The notes beneath the pieces are model-generated. The model ran no database searches and was not told the origin of the DNA. It saw only the letters and a program-made list of their open reading frames with translations. The position numbers and the translations under genes are program-made. Of a stretch of DNA of 64,000 nucleotides, positions 25,505 to 36,038 are shown one piece after another (position 1 is the stretch's first letter; the number at the start of each line of letters is the position of its first letter). This stretch comes from a virus: IMG/VR virus record IMGVR_UViG_3300027963_000043, positions 1 through 64,000 of that record. One strand, 5' to 3'.

Positions 25505-26710
25505 ATGGCTAGAAATAGAATAATCTACAATGTAGAAGGTTTATATGTTGCTCCATATAGTGGAGAACAAAACGCTAACTCTGATTATTATTTAGCTAAT
25601 CATATTATTCTTAAAAGATTAGAAAAAATACAAAATTTTAATTATTCAATTCAACAACCAAGATCAAATGTTCAAGGTTTTGGTCAAAAACAGAATATTT
25701 TTCAAGGCATGAGTACATCTCCAGAAGTTACTTTTAATTTTTCTTATATTCCAGATGGAGTCACAAATGAGAATAGATTAAATTTTAATGTTAATCATTT
25801 TTCTGGATACAATGCTCCAATGTTTTCTGGATTATGTACTAATAGTGGTTTACTAAATGATAGAGATTTTTATCTTGTAATAAATAAAGATGATAATGAT
25901 TTGTTTTCTGAAAATGCAACTTTAACCAATTCTTTAATTAATCCAACTAATGTTACTCAAATAATAAATTCAGATAGCAGAAATTATGGATTATTACATT
26001 TTCAAAATTCTTATCTTAATGAATATTCTTTTAATGTTTCGCTCGGAAATTTGCCAGTAGTCAATCAAAGTTATGTTGCAGATAATATTGTTTTTTATAC
26101 TAGTGGATCTGGAGTAAACTATACTTTATTAGATTTAAAATCTGGAATCAATCAAGTAAACAATGATACAATTATTATTCCAAAAGCTTTAAATTATAAT
26201 CAAACTGCAATTAGTGGACAAAATATTCTTTTGCCAGGAGATGCAACTGTTAGTTTTTATACAAGTAATACTGGGGTTTTATTTTATACTGATACAATTC
26301 AAAGTTTAGATTATTCATTATCTTTTAATAGAAAATCTTATAAAGCAATTAATTACAAATTCCCATTATTAAGAAAAATAGAATTCCCGATTAATGGAAA
26401 ATTAAATACAAGTTTTGTTGTAAAAGAAGACCTTGTTGGTTCGTTTTTTGACACTTTAAACAGAGACGATAATTATAATGTTGTTGTTGATTTTAGTAAT
26501 TCAAGAAGAGGAGTAGATAAAACAAAATTGACTTTTAGTGGTTGTAAATTCACAAATATTAATTACGACTCTTCTATCGGAAGCAATAAAACTGCCACAT
26601 TAAGTTTTGACTTTGATCTTGATCCAGATTTTGGAAGAAGAGGATTATTTGTTAGTGGAAATGTATTATATGGGGTTTTGAATAATCAAAAGAAAGTATT
26701 GATATTTTAA
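25505..26710 (+). CDS. Tail-tube-like protein, paralog of 44906..46057
   Basis: MARNRIIY vs MPRNRIIY; L..IQ..NYS; S.IGSNKT..L.F shared. Confidence 0.65.
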   Translation: MARNRIIYNVEGLYVAPYSGEQNANSDYYLANHIILKRLEKIQNFNYSIQQPRSNVQGFGQKQNIFQGMSTSPEVTFNFSYIPDGVTNENRLNFNVNHFSGYNAPMFSGLCTNSGLLNDRDFYLVINKDDNDLFSENATLTNSLINPTNVTQIINSDSRNYGLLHFQNSYLNEYSFNVSLGNLPVVNQSYVADNIVFYTSGSGVNYTLLDLKSGINQVNNDTIIIPKALNYNQTAISGQNILLPGDATVSFYTSNTGVLFYTDTIQSLDYSLSFNRKSYKAINYKFPLLRKIEFPINGKLNTSFVVKEDLVGSFFDTLNRDDNYNVVVDFSNSRRGVDKTKLTFSGCKFTNINYDSSIGSNKTATLSFDFDLDPDFGRRGLFVSGNVLYGVLNNQKKVLIF

Positions 26711-26742
26711 TTTTTAATACATATAATATAGTGTAATATATT

Positions 26743-27027
26743 ATGAAAACTATGCTATCTAAAATATTTGGCCCTAATTGGCGTTCTAGTAGTTCTGGAA
26801 TAGCTACGGTCGTAGCAGTTTGCACCGCAATAGCAATTCATTCTGATCCAACTTTGGTCGCATTTCTTCCAGATGCAGCGGAAGTTTATATTACAGGAAT
26901 TGCAAAATTAATAGCAGTTGTTTCTGGAATAGTTTTTGCATTAACAGTAAAAGACGCAGCAGTTACTGGTGGAACAGTAGCTCAAACAAATGAAGCAAAA
27001 GGTAGAACGAATGGAGAAAATATATGA
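26743..27027 (+). CDS. Putative holin
   Basis: 94 aa with two hydrophobic segments and a charged C-terminus. First gene of a cluster ending in a lysozyme. M-K-T-M start. Confidence 0.5.
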   Translation: MKTMLSKIFGPNWRSSSSGIATVVAVCTAIAIHSDPTLVAFLPDAAEVYITGIAKLIAVVSGIVFALTVKDAAVTGGTVAQTNEAKGRTNGENI

Positions 27028-27473
27028 ATAAATTACAATTAGCCGCAGTTGCTCTTTTGAGCATATTTCTTGGCGCTTGCGCCACAACCCCAACTGGTCA
27101 AGTTGATCCAGCAACAAGTGTTTCAAATGCGCTTCCATACGTTAAGCCAGCCGTCGTATTAGCTTGCACAGTAGTTCTTGACCAAGCGGTTTCTGGGAAT
27201 GATAGAATTGAAAAAGCTAAAATGATCAATCATGTAGCAGGTATTGTAGAAGGACTTACCACTGGAACTGCGCCAACTCCAGCAGAATTACAAAAAGCGC
27301 TAACTGATTATCTTCCAGAAGAAAAAACTCATTGGGTAAATTATGTTAGCGTTATTAAGGATATTTATGCTCAACAATTTGCGAGATTAGATGGCAATAC
27401 TGCGCTTGCAATCAAGGTGCTTAACGCTATTGCATCTGGATGTAAAGATGCTACAGCAAGTTACGTAGAGTAA
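27024..27473 (+). CDS. Lipoprotein
   Basis: Lipobox MNKLQLAAVALLSIFLGA|C. Confidence 0.7.
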   Translation: MNKLQLAAVALLSIFLGACATTPTGQVDPATSVSNALPYVKPAVVLACTVVLDQAVSGNDRIEKAKMINHVAGIVEGLTTGTAPTPAELQKALTDYLPEEKTHWVNYVSVIKDIYAQQFARLDGNTALAIKVLNAIASGCKDATASYVE

Positions 27474-27475
27474 TC

Positions 27476-27676
27476 ATGCCAACTGGAATACTTCAAGCTT
27501 TACTTACTGCGGTATCTGGAATATTCTCAGCAATTAATAATGTATTCGGCGCAAAGAATACAAAAGAAATGAAAGATCGTCAAGAAGCTCAAAAAGAAAT
27601 TAATTATCAAAGCGAAATAGAAAAAGAAGTAGAGGAGAAAAAACTTGAAGAAATTCGTAAGCGTATTAGCTCTTAA
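27476..27676 (+). CDS. Putative i-spanin-like protein
   Basis: N-terminal hydrophobic helix plus charged coiled coil; overlapped by a downstream lipoprotein. Confidence 0.4.
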   Translation: MPTGILQALLTAVSGIFSAINNVFGAKNTKEMKDRQEAQKEINYQSEIEKEVEEKKLEEIRKRISS

Positions 27677-28058
27677 TCTTTTTCTTGTTGGTTGCGCTAC
27701 CGTAACACCAGACAAAATACAAGATGATAAATCTTCATATGATGCAACTACTCCAAAGCAATATGATAAAGATAATGGTGGATTAATTTCTTTTATTGGT
27801 GATGATGCTCTTATTACATATCAAGCTAGAGAGCGCTATAATAATTTAATATCAATGTATAGAATCAAATTTAAAAAAGAAAAAGCGATAGATTTAAAAG
27901 AAGATTCTGGAATTAAAGTTTATAAAGATAATTTTAATAATAATCTTTATCTTATTGATAGCGAACATCTTGTTTATTTTGGAGTTTTGAATAGTTGGTT
28001 AAAAGAAAAAGTTCCTCAAGATAATATTATAGATAAAGTTTTAGATAAAACAAATTAA
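27645..28058 (+). CDS. Lipoprotein (putative o-spanin-like)
   Basis: Lipobox MKKFVSVLALNLFLVG|C; overlaps the 3' end of 27476..27676. Confidence 0.55.
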   Translation: MKKFVSVLALNLFLVGCATVTPDKIQDDKSSYDATTPKQYDKDNGGLISFIGDDALITYQARERYNNLISMYRIKFKKEKAIDLKEDSGIKVYKDNFNNNLYLIDSEHLVYFGVLNSWLKEKVPQDNIIDKVLDKTN

Positions 28059-28066
28059 TACAGTTT

Positions 28067-28582
28067 ATGAGTTTTAAAAATGTTTCAATTGATGATATTT
28101 GGGATAAAAATTTTGAAAATTATACAACCTCCGCAGCGCCATATTCCTATATGCCATATAGGTATAATATTAGAACTAAATATTTAAATCCGAACATCGA
28201 TATTATTGAGATTGTAGGGGCAGGAAAAACTACTTCGAATGGTATTTATTATAAAATGAGTGAAAATTATTATACAATGATTCCTCAACCAATTGATACC
28301 ATAGGTGAAGTTTATATAAATATTAGTCGGATAGGTTTTTCTTATATATATGATCCAAATCCGCCTGCAATTTCTGGTCCGCTTTCATATCAAAGTTATA
28401 ATTTTGATGGTAAGACTCCTCTCTCAGCCTCTTTAAAAAGTTGGAGTCAAGCAATCAATTATATACCATTGCCAGCGCCAATTGGCTATATAACTTCTAA
28501 AAAAGTTGATAGAATTACTATTAAAAGAAATGGTAATCCATATGGGTATAAAAAAATATCATGTTATCGAAAAAATCGTTAG
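28067..28582 (+). CDS. Hypothetical protein with the same N-terminal module as fibre 24081
   Basis: MSFKNVSIDDIWDKNFENY..SA.P vs MTFKNIKIDDIWDKNFQDY..SA.P. Confidence 0.7.
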   Translation: MSFKNVSIDDIWDKNFENYTTSAAPYSYMPYRYNIRTKYLNPNIDIIEIVGAGKTTSNGIYYKMSENYYTMIPQPIDTIGEVYINISRIGFSYIYDPNPPAISGPLSYQSYNFDGKTPLSASLKSWSQAINYIPLPAPIGYITSKKVDRITIKRNGNPYGYKKISCYRKNR

Positions 28583-29187
28583 ATCTTATTCTTGAATTTG
28601 AAGTTGGTGGAGGAGAAAATTATTACAATAAATTTTTAAAAAATCCAACGTGGCCAGAAGGTCAAAGTGGAGTTACTATTGGTATTGGTTATGATTTAGG
28701 TTATGTTAATAAAAGTGAATTTAGTGAAGATTGGAAAGATCTTCCTAAAGAAATCTTTGATAGATTATATAAAGTAGTTGGCATAAAAGGATATAACGCT
28801 AAGAATCTTATTAGAGGATTAAAAGATATTAATATTCCATGGGATCTTGCATTAAAAGTATTTAATAATAAAACAGTAACAAAGTTTTGGAATTTAACAA
28901 AAGAAACTTTTCCTAATTTCGATAATCTTCCAGAAGATGCAAAAGGTGGATTAGTTAGTCTTGTATTTAATAGAGGAAATGCATTAGAAGGTGATCGTCG
29001 CCGCGAAATGAAATTAATAAGAGATGGTATGCAATTAGTATCTACTTATGATCAAAAAGCGTTAACTTTTATAGCCAATCAAATAAGAAATATGAAAAGA
29101 ATATGGATTGGTGGTAGTATAGAAAAAGGAATGAGTAGAAGACGAGATGCAGAAGCAAATTTGATAGAAAATTCATTAAATAATTAA
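28561..29187 (+). CDS. Endolysin, lysozyme-fold (pesticin-like muramidase)
   Basis: LILEFEVGG, WPEGQSGVTIGIGYDLG, LVSLVFNRG and RRRDAEA motifs. Confidence 0.85.
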   Translation: MLSKKSLDLILEFEVGGGENYYNKFLKNPTWPEGQSGVTIGIGYDLGYVNKSEFSEDWKDLPKEIFDRLYKVVGIKGYNAKNLIRGLKDINIPWDLALKVFNNKTVTKFWNLTKETFPNFDNLPEDAKGGLVSLVFNRGNALEGDRRREMKLIRDGMQLVSTYDQKALTFIANQIRNMKRIWIGGSIEKGMSRRRDAEANLIENSLNN

Positions 29188-29235
29188 AATTAATTAAAAA
29201 TATATAACCTTTTCGTGTATATTATATATAAGAAT

Positions 29236-29745
29236 ATGAATTACAATTCTGAACAATATGGCTTTGATTTGATTAAAGCCAAGAGAACATATAAGCCAAA
29301 AGTCCGTAAAAATAAAAATTCAGAAAAATCATTAGTATTTTCTAAAAAAATAATCGCAGCTTTAGAAGATAAAGCCAAGATTCATAACGAAAAATTTGAT
29401 AAAAAAGTTAATTTACTTGAACTTAAAAAAGCTTATAAATCTGGATTTAATACATCAATTCATTTAAACGAAGAAACTCTTGCTCACGTTAATTTATTTT
29501 TAAGAATTACGCAAGAAGATAAAAAAAGTATTTTTAGTAATTTTAAATCTGGTGGATTTGAAATAATTAATAATCAATTTGTTATTAAAGCTAGTATTTC
29601 TCCAGAGGAAATTGACTATATTCAAGCAAAAGAAGATATTAAAAATTATAAACTAGAAGATTTTGATTTTAAGACCCACGAAGAATTATATCTAGAAGAC
29701 GAAGAAGATCGTGTAACTATTTATGGCTTTAACAATAATATATAA
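29236..29745 (+). CDS. Hypothetical head-region protein
   Basis: Start re-called to ATG 29236; directly upstream of the prohead protease. Confidence 0.65.
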   Translation: MNYNSEQYGFDLIKAKRTYKPKVRKNKNSEKSLVFSKKIIAALEDKAKIHNEKFDKKVNLLELKKAYKSGFNTSIHLNEETLAHVNLFLRITQEDKKSIFSNFKSGGFEIINNQFVIKASISPEEIDYIQAKEDIKNYKLEDFDFKTHEELYLEDEEDRVTIYGFNNNI

Positions 29746-29748
29746 AAT

Positions 29749-31284
29749 ATGAATTTTCAATTTACAACAACATTTGCAAATTTACAAGTTAAACCATTAG
29801 TCAGCGAAGAGAAGGATAAATATCTTTCATTAGCGTCTATTGATAGTTTAAAGAAATTTTTGCCAGAAATTGATACAGAGAAAAATGTAGATCTTCTACC
29901 TATAGCTTTTGATGCTTGCGTAGTTAATAGAGTTAATAAAAATGGTGACGTAGTAAACTCTCTAACAGCAGCCGAAATGCTAAAAGATTTTATAAATAAA
30001 CCAATTAATGTTGAGCATGATAGAACAAAGGTCGTTGGTTGCATACTAACAGCTAATTTTAGTAAATTTGGTACAAATGAAGTCCTCTCTGAAGACCAAG
30101 TCAAAGATATGAAAGAACCATTTTATATTACTCTCGGAGGAGTAATTTGGAAGATTATTAATCCTCAATTATCTAATCTTATTGAAGAAAGTAATGACCC
30201 TTCTAGTGAAAATTATATGAACGTAAGCGCTAGTTGGGAACTTGGATTTAACGAATACGATTTAGTTCTTCTTAACGATAATAATAAAAATCTAGAAGAT
30301 GCCAAATTTGTATCCGATGACAAGCAAAAAGATAAATTAAAGAAAAATTTAAAAGCTTTTGGTGGTTCTGGTAAAATAGATAAAAATACATCTATTTATC
30401 GTCAAGTATTAGGAAATGTTATTCCATTAGGAATAGGCTTAACAGCTAATCCTGCTGCTGATGTACAAGGAGTAGCTACCAAAGATGAACAAAGTTTAGA
30501 AGTTGAAATATCTAAACCAGAGGAAAATGATCAAATGTCAGATTCTTCTGATATTAATTGTGAAAATAATATTTCACAAGATGAAGAAAATACTGTAAAT
30601 GAAGAAGGAGTTATAAACAGAATAATTATGAAAATAGAAAATATCAATCAAATAACCGATGAGCTTTTGAAGCAAGTAACTGCTTCTAGCATTTCCGATT
30701 TTATTCAAGAGGAACTTAAAAAAGCCTCAGAAGCTTTCACAGCTGAAAAGAATGAAAAAGATAGCGCTATTAAAGCTACTCAAGAAAAATACGATGCACT
30801 ATCTACTGAAAGTGAAAAAGTAAAAGAAGAGCTAGAAAAACTAAAAGCTTCTCTTGCTAAACTTGAAGAAGAGAAAGTTGCTAAAGCCCAAGAAGAAGCC
30901 TTCAATCTAAGAATGGCTACCTTTGACGAAGAATTTGATCTTTCTGATGAAGATCGCCAAGTTCTCGCAACTGATATCAAAGATTTAAATGATGAATCTT
31001 TTGCTGCTTATAAAAATAAGATGGCAGTTCTTATGAAAGAAAAAAATAAAGCTGCTAAAAAAGCAAAAGAAGACGAAATGAAAAAAAGTAAAGCTTCCGA
31101 AGTTAAAGAAGAAATTAAAGCTTCAACATCTTCAGAACAATCTGCAACCGAAGTTGTAGATGAAGTTCTCGACAATTCTAACGTTGAGAAGAATTCGATT
31201 CCAAATTCTACAACAACCGCTGAAGTTTCGCTACGTGAAAAATATAGCAAAGCTTTCGGTCTTGAAGGATTTGATATTAAATAA
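29749..31284 (+). CDS. Prohead protease with C-terminal scaffold-like coiled coil
   Basis: KPINVEHD, VSASWELGF and GIGLTANPAADV are assemblin/HK97-type protease-like motifs. E/K-rich coiled-coil C-half. Located upstream of the capsid genes. Confidence 0.72.
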   Translation: MNFQFTTTFANLQVKPLVSEEKDKYLSLASIDSLKKFLPEIDTEKNVDLLPIAFDACVVNRVNKNGDVVNSLTAAEMLKDFINKPINVEHDRTKVVGCILTANFSKFGTNEVLSEDQVKDMKEPFYITLGGVIWKIINPQLSNLIEESNDPSSENYMNVSASWELGFNEYDLVLLNDNNKNLEDAKFVSDDKQKDKLKKNLKAFGGSGKIDKNTSIYRQVLGNVIPLGIGLTANPAADVQGVATKDEQSLEVEISKPEENDQMSDSSDINCENNISQDEENTVNEEGVINRIIMKIENINQITDELLKQVTASSISDFIQEELKKASEAFTAEKNEKDSAIKATQEKYDALSTESEKVKEELEKLKASLAKLEEEKVAKAQEEAFNLRMATFDEEFDLSDEDRQVLATDIKDLNDESFAAYKNKMAVLMKEKNKAAKKAKEDEMKKSKASEVKEEIKASTSSEQSATEVVDEVLDNSNVEKNSIPNSTTTAEVSLREKYSKAFGLEGFDIK

Positions 31285-31305
31285 TAAACAAGGAGAAATA
31301 AATTT

Positions 31306-31905
31306 ATGGCATATACACTCAGACCATTAAGAGATTACAGCGAACATGATGTAATCAACTTCTTTGCCGTTGATGCTGCACAAGACGCTAATGGCGTTAT
31401 TGCTACAGCAGGCACAGTAGTTAAAGTAACAGGAAACGGTTTCCAACCAGTATCAGACACCTCACTTGGTGGTGGAACAGGATTCTTAGGCCAAATCCCA
31501 GTTGATTTGGGCGGAACTCTTGGAATTCCAGGACTAAGTAACGTTGTTTCTAACCGTTACGTTGTAACTGCAAAAGTAGCCCCAGCAGTTGCACAAGATA
31601 CAGCACCAATAGGAATTACCCTAATGGCAACCCAAGAGCTTGATGAAAATGGTGAAAAACTAATTTTCAAGCCTGGAAAAGCTGCCGAAAAGGGAGTAGT
31701 TGTCAGTGGTCAAGCAGTACCAGTTCTAACTAGAGGCGTTCTCGTCTATAGTGGATCAGCTGGAGATTTCCCTGCTACCGCTAACGTTGGCGCAGCAATT
31801 TATGTTGCCGCTGGAAGCTTAAGTTGTTCAGCAGGTGCCAAACAAGTTGGTACTTTACTAAGTAAGCCAGTTAATGGTATTGCTTTAGTTAAACTCAACT
31901 TCTAA
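31306..31905 (+). CDS. Capsid decoration/cement-like protein
   Basis: Between scaffold and major capsid; strong SD AAGGAG; small A/G/V-rich beta protein. Confidence 0.55.
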   Translation: MAYTLRPLRDYSEHDVINFFAVDAAQDANGVIATAGTVVKVTGNGFQPVSDTSLGGGTGFLGQIPVDLGGTLGIPGLSNVVSNRYVVTAKVAPAVAQDTAPIGITLMATQELDENGEKLIFKPGKAAEKGVVVSGQAVPVLTRGVLVYSGSAGDFPATANVGAAIYVAAGSLSCSAGAKQVGTLLSKPVNGIALVKLNF

Positions 31906-31925
31906 TTTAAGGAGAATTACAAAAA

Positions 31926-33011
31926 ATGAAAATCAAATTAAAAAATACACCAGAGCAAGTTGAGCTTGTAAAAGCTATGGGCAGTAGAGATACCGCCGTA
32001 GCTCGCGAAGCCTCCGAAGCTTTTGCAGCTTTCATTGGACCAGTCGTAAGTAAGGTTCTAATGCAAGCTGGTACAGCCAGTGCAGTTTATAATGATGCAC
32101 CCTATGATCAAGATGATAATCCCAGTCTTCCTCTTGACCTATGGCATGATCAAGGCGGACAAGACTATGTTACAGTTTGGAGTCAAAATGTAGCAGGTGG
32201 TCTTCCTTCTTCAGCAGTAGAAGGTTTTAGCGAACTAAAAATCTCTACTTATTCTTTGGATGCAGCAGTCAGCTTCTTGAAACGTTATGCCCGTCGTGGT
32301 CGTATCGATGTAGTAAGCAAAGCTGTAGAAAGAATGAGCAATGAAGTTCTCGTAAAACAAGAACGCAATGCTTGGGCAGTAGTTTTGAAAGCCCTTGCAG
32401 AAGCTCGCACAGCAGGCACAGGAGCCGCAGCATTAGCCACTAACGGTCATATCGTTGGATCTGATACAGCTGGAACATTTGCTCTATCTGATCTTAGCAA
32501 GCTAATGACACTAGTAAAAAGACTTAATACATCTTATGCTGGTGGTACCACATCTGATGCTTACGGTCTAACTGATCTATTCGTTAGTCCAGAAGTTAAA
32601 GGTGATATCCGTGCATTCGCTTACCAACCATTCACCACAGGTGGAGGCACAAATCTTCCTGACGCAGCTCGCGAAGAAATCTATCGCAACGCTGGTGCTC
32701 AAGAACTTTACGGAGTAACAATCCATGAACTAGTTGAACTAGGCGTAAATGCTAAATATAGCGCTCTATTCAACGCATTCAAAGGTAGTTACAACTTCAA
32801 TTCTAATGCCGACGAACTCGCCATTGGTTTTGATTTGAGCAGAGAAGGCTTTATCCGCCCAATCGCTCGTAACTCTGATACTGGTTCAACATTCGCTGTT
32901 CTTCCAGATGATCAATTCGCAGCTCGCAACGAGAAAACTGGTTTCTACGGTTCTCTCGAAGAGGGTCGCGTTTGTATCGATGCTCGTACAGTAGTTGGAA
33001 TCAAGATCTAA
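31926..33011 (+). CDS. Major capsid protein
   Basis: 361 aa after protease and decoration genes. SD TAAGGAG, high-expression-type codon usage, strong terminator downstream. Confidence 0.75.
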   Translation: MKIKLKNTPEQVELVKAMGSRDTAVAREASEAFAAFIGPVVSKVLMQAGTASAVYNDAPYDQDDNPSLPLDLWHDQGGQDYVTVWSQNVAGGLPSSAVEGFSELKISTYSLDAAVSFLKRYARRGRIDVVSKAVERMSNEVLVKQERNAWAVVLKALAEARTAGTGAAALATNGHIVGSDTAGTFALSDLSKLMTLVKRLNTSYAGGTTSDAYGLTDLFVSPEVKGDIRAFAYQPFTTGGGTNLPDAAREEIYRNAGAQELYGVTIHELVELGVNAKYSALFNAFKGSYNFNSNADELAIGFDLSREGFIRPIARNSDTGSTFAVLPDDQFAARNEKTGFYGSLEEGRVCIDARTVVGIKI

Positions 33012-33033
33012 GTTAAATTAGATTAAAATTAAA

Positions 33034-33068
33034 GGCCCAGTAGGTTTATCCCTACTGGGTCTTTTTTT
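33034..33068 (+). terminator. Rho-independent terminator
   Basis: GGCCCAGTAGG-TTTATC-CCTACTGGGTC stem followed by T7. Confidence 0.9.
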
Positions 33069-33132
33069 TGAATAAAACATTAGAAATTGGTGCAATTAAA
33101 TTTATAATATATTAAGGAGATTATTTACATTT

Positions 33133-33480
33133 ATGCCTAAGAAATCAACAAAATTAGAGGACCTTTCACAAACTCATGGAAAATTAGAGAATATTCAATA
33201 TAAAACACTAGACCAAATTTGGGGAGATGATGGATCTAGCAAGTATAAAACATCAAATGTACAAGATTACTTGAATTATTTAAATGACTTAAACAAAAGC
33301 GACTTACAAGCCCACGCTAATAAAATTGGTTTAATTCCAGTGGATAATAGAGAAACATTAACTAAAAGATTAGTATCAGAATTCAAAAAATTTAATTCAC
33401 TTTATAAGCTTCCAAAAAATGAAGACAGTAAAACAGAACTAAATAAAGAAACAAAAAATATTTTATCTGAAGGAAAATAA
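33133..33480 (+). CDS. Hypothetical protein
   Basis: SD TAAGGAG. LNKSDLQAHANKIGL resembles a HeH/Rho-N-type helix pair (weak). Confidence 0.65.
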   Translation: MPKKSTKLEDLSQTHGKLENIQYKTLDQIWGDDGSSKYKTSNVQDYLNYLNDLNKSDLQAHANKIGLIPVDNRETLTKRLVSEFKKFNSLYKLPKNEDSKTELNKETKNILSEGK

Positions 33481-33515
33481 TTTATAATTTGGCGTGTTAA
33501 AGTGTAATATACAAC

Positions 33516-36002
33516 ATGACAGGTTTAGCTTATATTCAAATTTATAATTCCGCTTCTGGAAGTTTTTTCGAAAATAAAAATCTTGGCGTTGAAGCTGTTA
33601 AATTTTTTAACGAAGATAGACTTAAATTTAATAATACAGTAGAAATAGATAAATTACTTACAACTCGTATTTCTATTGGAAAAAATTCTTCTGGTGATGC
33701 AAAATATAGCGTAAATGTAGGAATTAATAATTCTTCAATTTTAACTAAAACTGGATTAGCAAATTTTTATGGTCCAGTCAATTTTGGACTTCTTAATAGT
33801 TCAACTGATTCTACTAGAGCTTACAATATTGGTGGACAAAATACTATATTAGATTCAGATCAAGCAATGATTTTTGGTATTAATAACCAATACTCTGGAA
33901 TAGTAAGGTCTTATGCTTTAGGTGGAAATAATATAATTGAATCTGGAACAGAAAATGTTATAATTGGTAGAGATAATGCTTTACGCAATGATAATCAAAC
34001 TTCTCTTATTTTAGGATTTTATAATCAAAATATTGAAAAAAATAAAGGTTCTTTAATAGTTGGTAATTCAAATACAGAAATTTTAAATTCAAATAATATT
34101 AATTTGATTGGTAATTATAATTCAATTTTCGGTTCTAAAAATACCATAATTTTTGGAGAAGCAAATAGCGCAATCAGTAATGATTCATCCTATGTTTATG
34201 GTGGAAATAATAATATAACAACAGGTTATCAAGATGTAGTTTTTGGAAAATCAAATATTTTAGCGTCTGGTATTTCTAATTTAGTTTTTGGTTTGGGAAA
34301 TAGTTCTTCATATGGAAATTCTGAAAATATATTTGGTAGATCAAATTCTTCAATTGGTAATTTAAATTTTATAAATGGAATACAAAATACTGTCAAAAGT
34401 AGATATTCAGAAGAGAATGAAGTTTTGGGAAGACTAAATATTTTAAACAAAGCATCAAATAATATTATTGTTGGAAAATCAAATAGATCATCTGAAGATG
34501 CATATCTTAATTTATACGGAACTGGATTAGGACAATCATTTATTGACGAACAAGTTTCTGGAGCAGCATATGCTGGAATTTTTGGTAATCAAAATTATAC
34601 ATCTAGATCTTTTTATTCTTATATTTTTGGTAATAACAATATTGTAGATTTTAATTTGAATGGCTATACCATAGGTGAAAACAATCGCGTAATGGTATCG
34701 CAAGGCTCCTATATTTTTGGAAAAGGCAATCAACTTTCTGGTAAAAATAATTTCTTAATAGGATTTAATAACACTATTAGATCTGGAGACTCTGATGTAA
34801 TAGTAATTGGTCAATACTATACAGCAAAAGATGATTTTGAAAAAAATAAAATAATAATAAATTATCAAAATAATCGTATAGAAGTTATCAATACTGGAAT
34901 TAAACTTACTTCTAGCACTTCACCAACTATAAATGGAGATAAGATATTAACTACTCCAGATTTAATATCTATTGAAAATTCTATAAATGATCAGCGTATA
35001 GCAAATACAATTAATTATTTTTCGTTAACTGGAGAATTATATACTAATCCATTAAATCTTTATGATACAAAAATAGATCATCTTGCAAATAAAGTTAACG
35101 TAATAAGTGGTGCTTACACTCAAACCATATTGGATTCTGTTGCATTACAATTTGATATTTCTGGAGTAACTGGAATGGGATTGACAATAGGAAAATTAAG
35201 CTTTAAAATTCCATCTAATACAATTTTTACGAGAGCTAGAAAATCATTAGACTATTCTGGATTGTTTAATATTTCAGAGATTTATTATCAAAATAAAAAC
35301 TATAACATGGGCATATTCCATGATAAAAGTTCTAAACAATGGTTAGTTGGTGATTTAAATTCTGACGAATATTATTTCTTCAGCACCCAAAGCAATCCAA
35401 ATATATTTGGTGGTTCCAGTGGACAAATTGGAGACTTGCGACAAGAGTTGGGTGCAACTAGATTTAGAGCAACTGGTACATACGCAGGAGCTGCAGGTAT
35501 TACATATTATAGTGGTATGGAGAGCACTATAAATGGAAAGAAATATGGACCTCTTTTTGTATATAATACAAAAGAAATTAGCGTAAATCAAATTTATACA
35601 TCAATTGAACTTCCAAAAAATCTTGGAGATTTTTCTTATATTCCATCAACAGTATACGAATCTGAAGATAATAATTTTAATTTATTCTTTGGTAAACCGT
35701 ATGCATTAACCAATGGATTTAAGAAAAAGAACCAAAATAATCAATATGTTGATTATCAATGGTTAATAGTAAATAATCTTTTAAGCAATAGATCTGGCGA
35801 ACTTTATTTTGGAGATAATTTAACCTCTACTTCTCAAACTGCTGATTTTTCATTCAAAACAACTGGTACTAATTTAGCTTATACTGGATTTGGTAATGGA
35901 AGAACACCAGCTATAACTTTAAGAATGGATGGCAGCAGATATTCATTAGTTAAATCTTATGTTCCAAATTATGGACAAGTTTATTTTCCATTTTATTATT
36001 AA
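33516..36002 (+). CDS. Fibre/adhesin-like protein with S..FG..N beta-roll repeats
   Basis: Numerous I.G..N repeats; Asn/Ser/Gly-rich. 8 nt after GTGTAA. Confidence 0.7.
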   Translation: MTGLAYIQIYNSASGSFFENKNLGVEAVKFFNEDRLKFNNTVEIDKLLTTRISIGKNSSGDAKYSVNVGINNSSILTKTGLANFYGPVNFGLLNSSTDSTRAYNIGGQNTILDSDQAMIFGINNQYSGIVRSYALGGNNIIESGTENVIIGRDNALRNDNQTSLILGFYNQNIEKNKGSLIVGNSNTEILNSNNINLIGNYNSIFGSKNTIIFGEANSAISNDSSYVYGGNNNITTGYQDVVFGKSNILASGISNLVFGLGNSSSYGNSENIFGRSNSSIGNLNFINGIQNTVKSRYSEENEVLGRLNILNKASNNIIVGKSNRSSEDAYLNLYGTGLGQSFIDEQVSGAAYAGIFGNQNYTSRSFYSYIFGNNNIVDFNLNGYTIGENNRVMVSQGSYIFGKGNQLSGKNNFLIGFNNTIRSGDSDVIVIGQYYTAKDDFEKNKIIINYQNNRIEVINTGIKLTSSTSPTINGDKILTTPDLISIENSINDQRIANTINYFSLTGELYTNPLNLYDTKIDHLANKVNVISGAYTQTILDSVALQFDISGVTGMGLTIGKLSFKIPSNTIFTRARKSLDYSGLFNISEIYYQNKNYNMGIFHDKSSKQWLVGDLNSDEYYFFSTQSNPNIFGGSSGQIGDLRQELGATRFRATGTYAGAAGITYYSGMESTINGKKYGPLFVYNTKEISVNQIYTSIELPKNLGDFSYIPSTVYESEDNNFNLFFGKPYALTNGFKKKNQNNQYVDYQWLIVNNLLSNRSGELYFGDNLTSTSQTADFSFKTTGTNLAYTGFGNGRTPAITLRMDGSRYSLVKSYVPNYGQVYFPFYY

Positions 36003-36038
36003 TTTTTAAATTGTTTTTTAATTGGTGTAATTTATTAT

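Noticed and set aside
30558-30579. CRP-type site (TGTGA...TCACA)
   Set aside because: The spacer is 10 nt rather than 6, and the site is inside a coding region.
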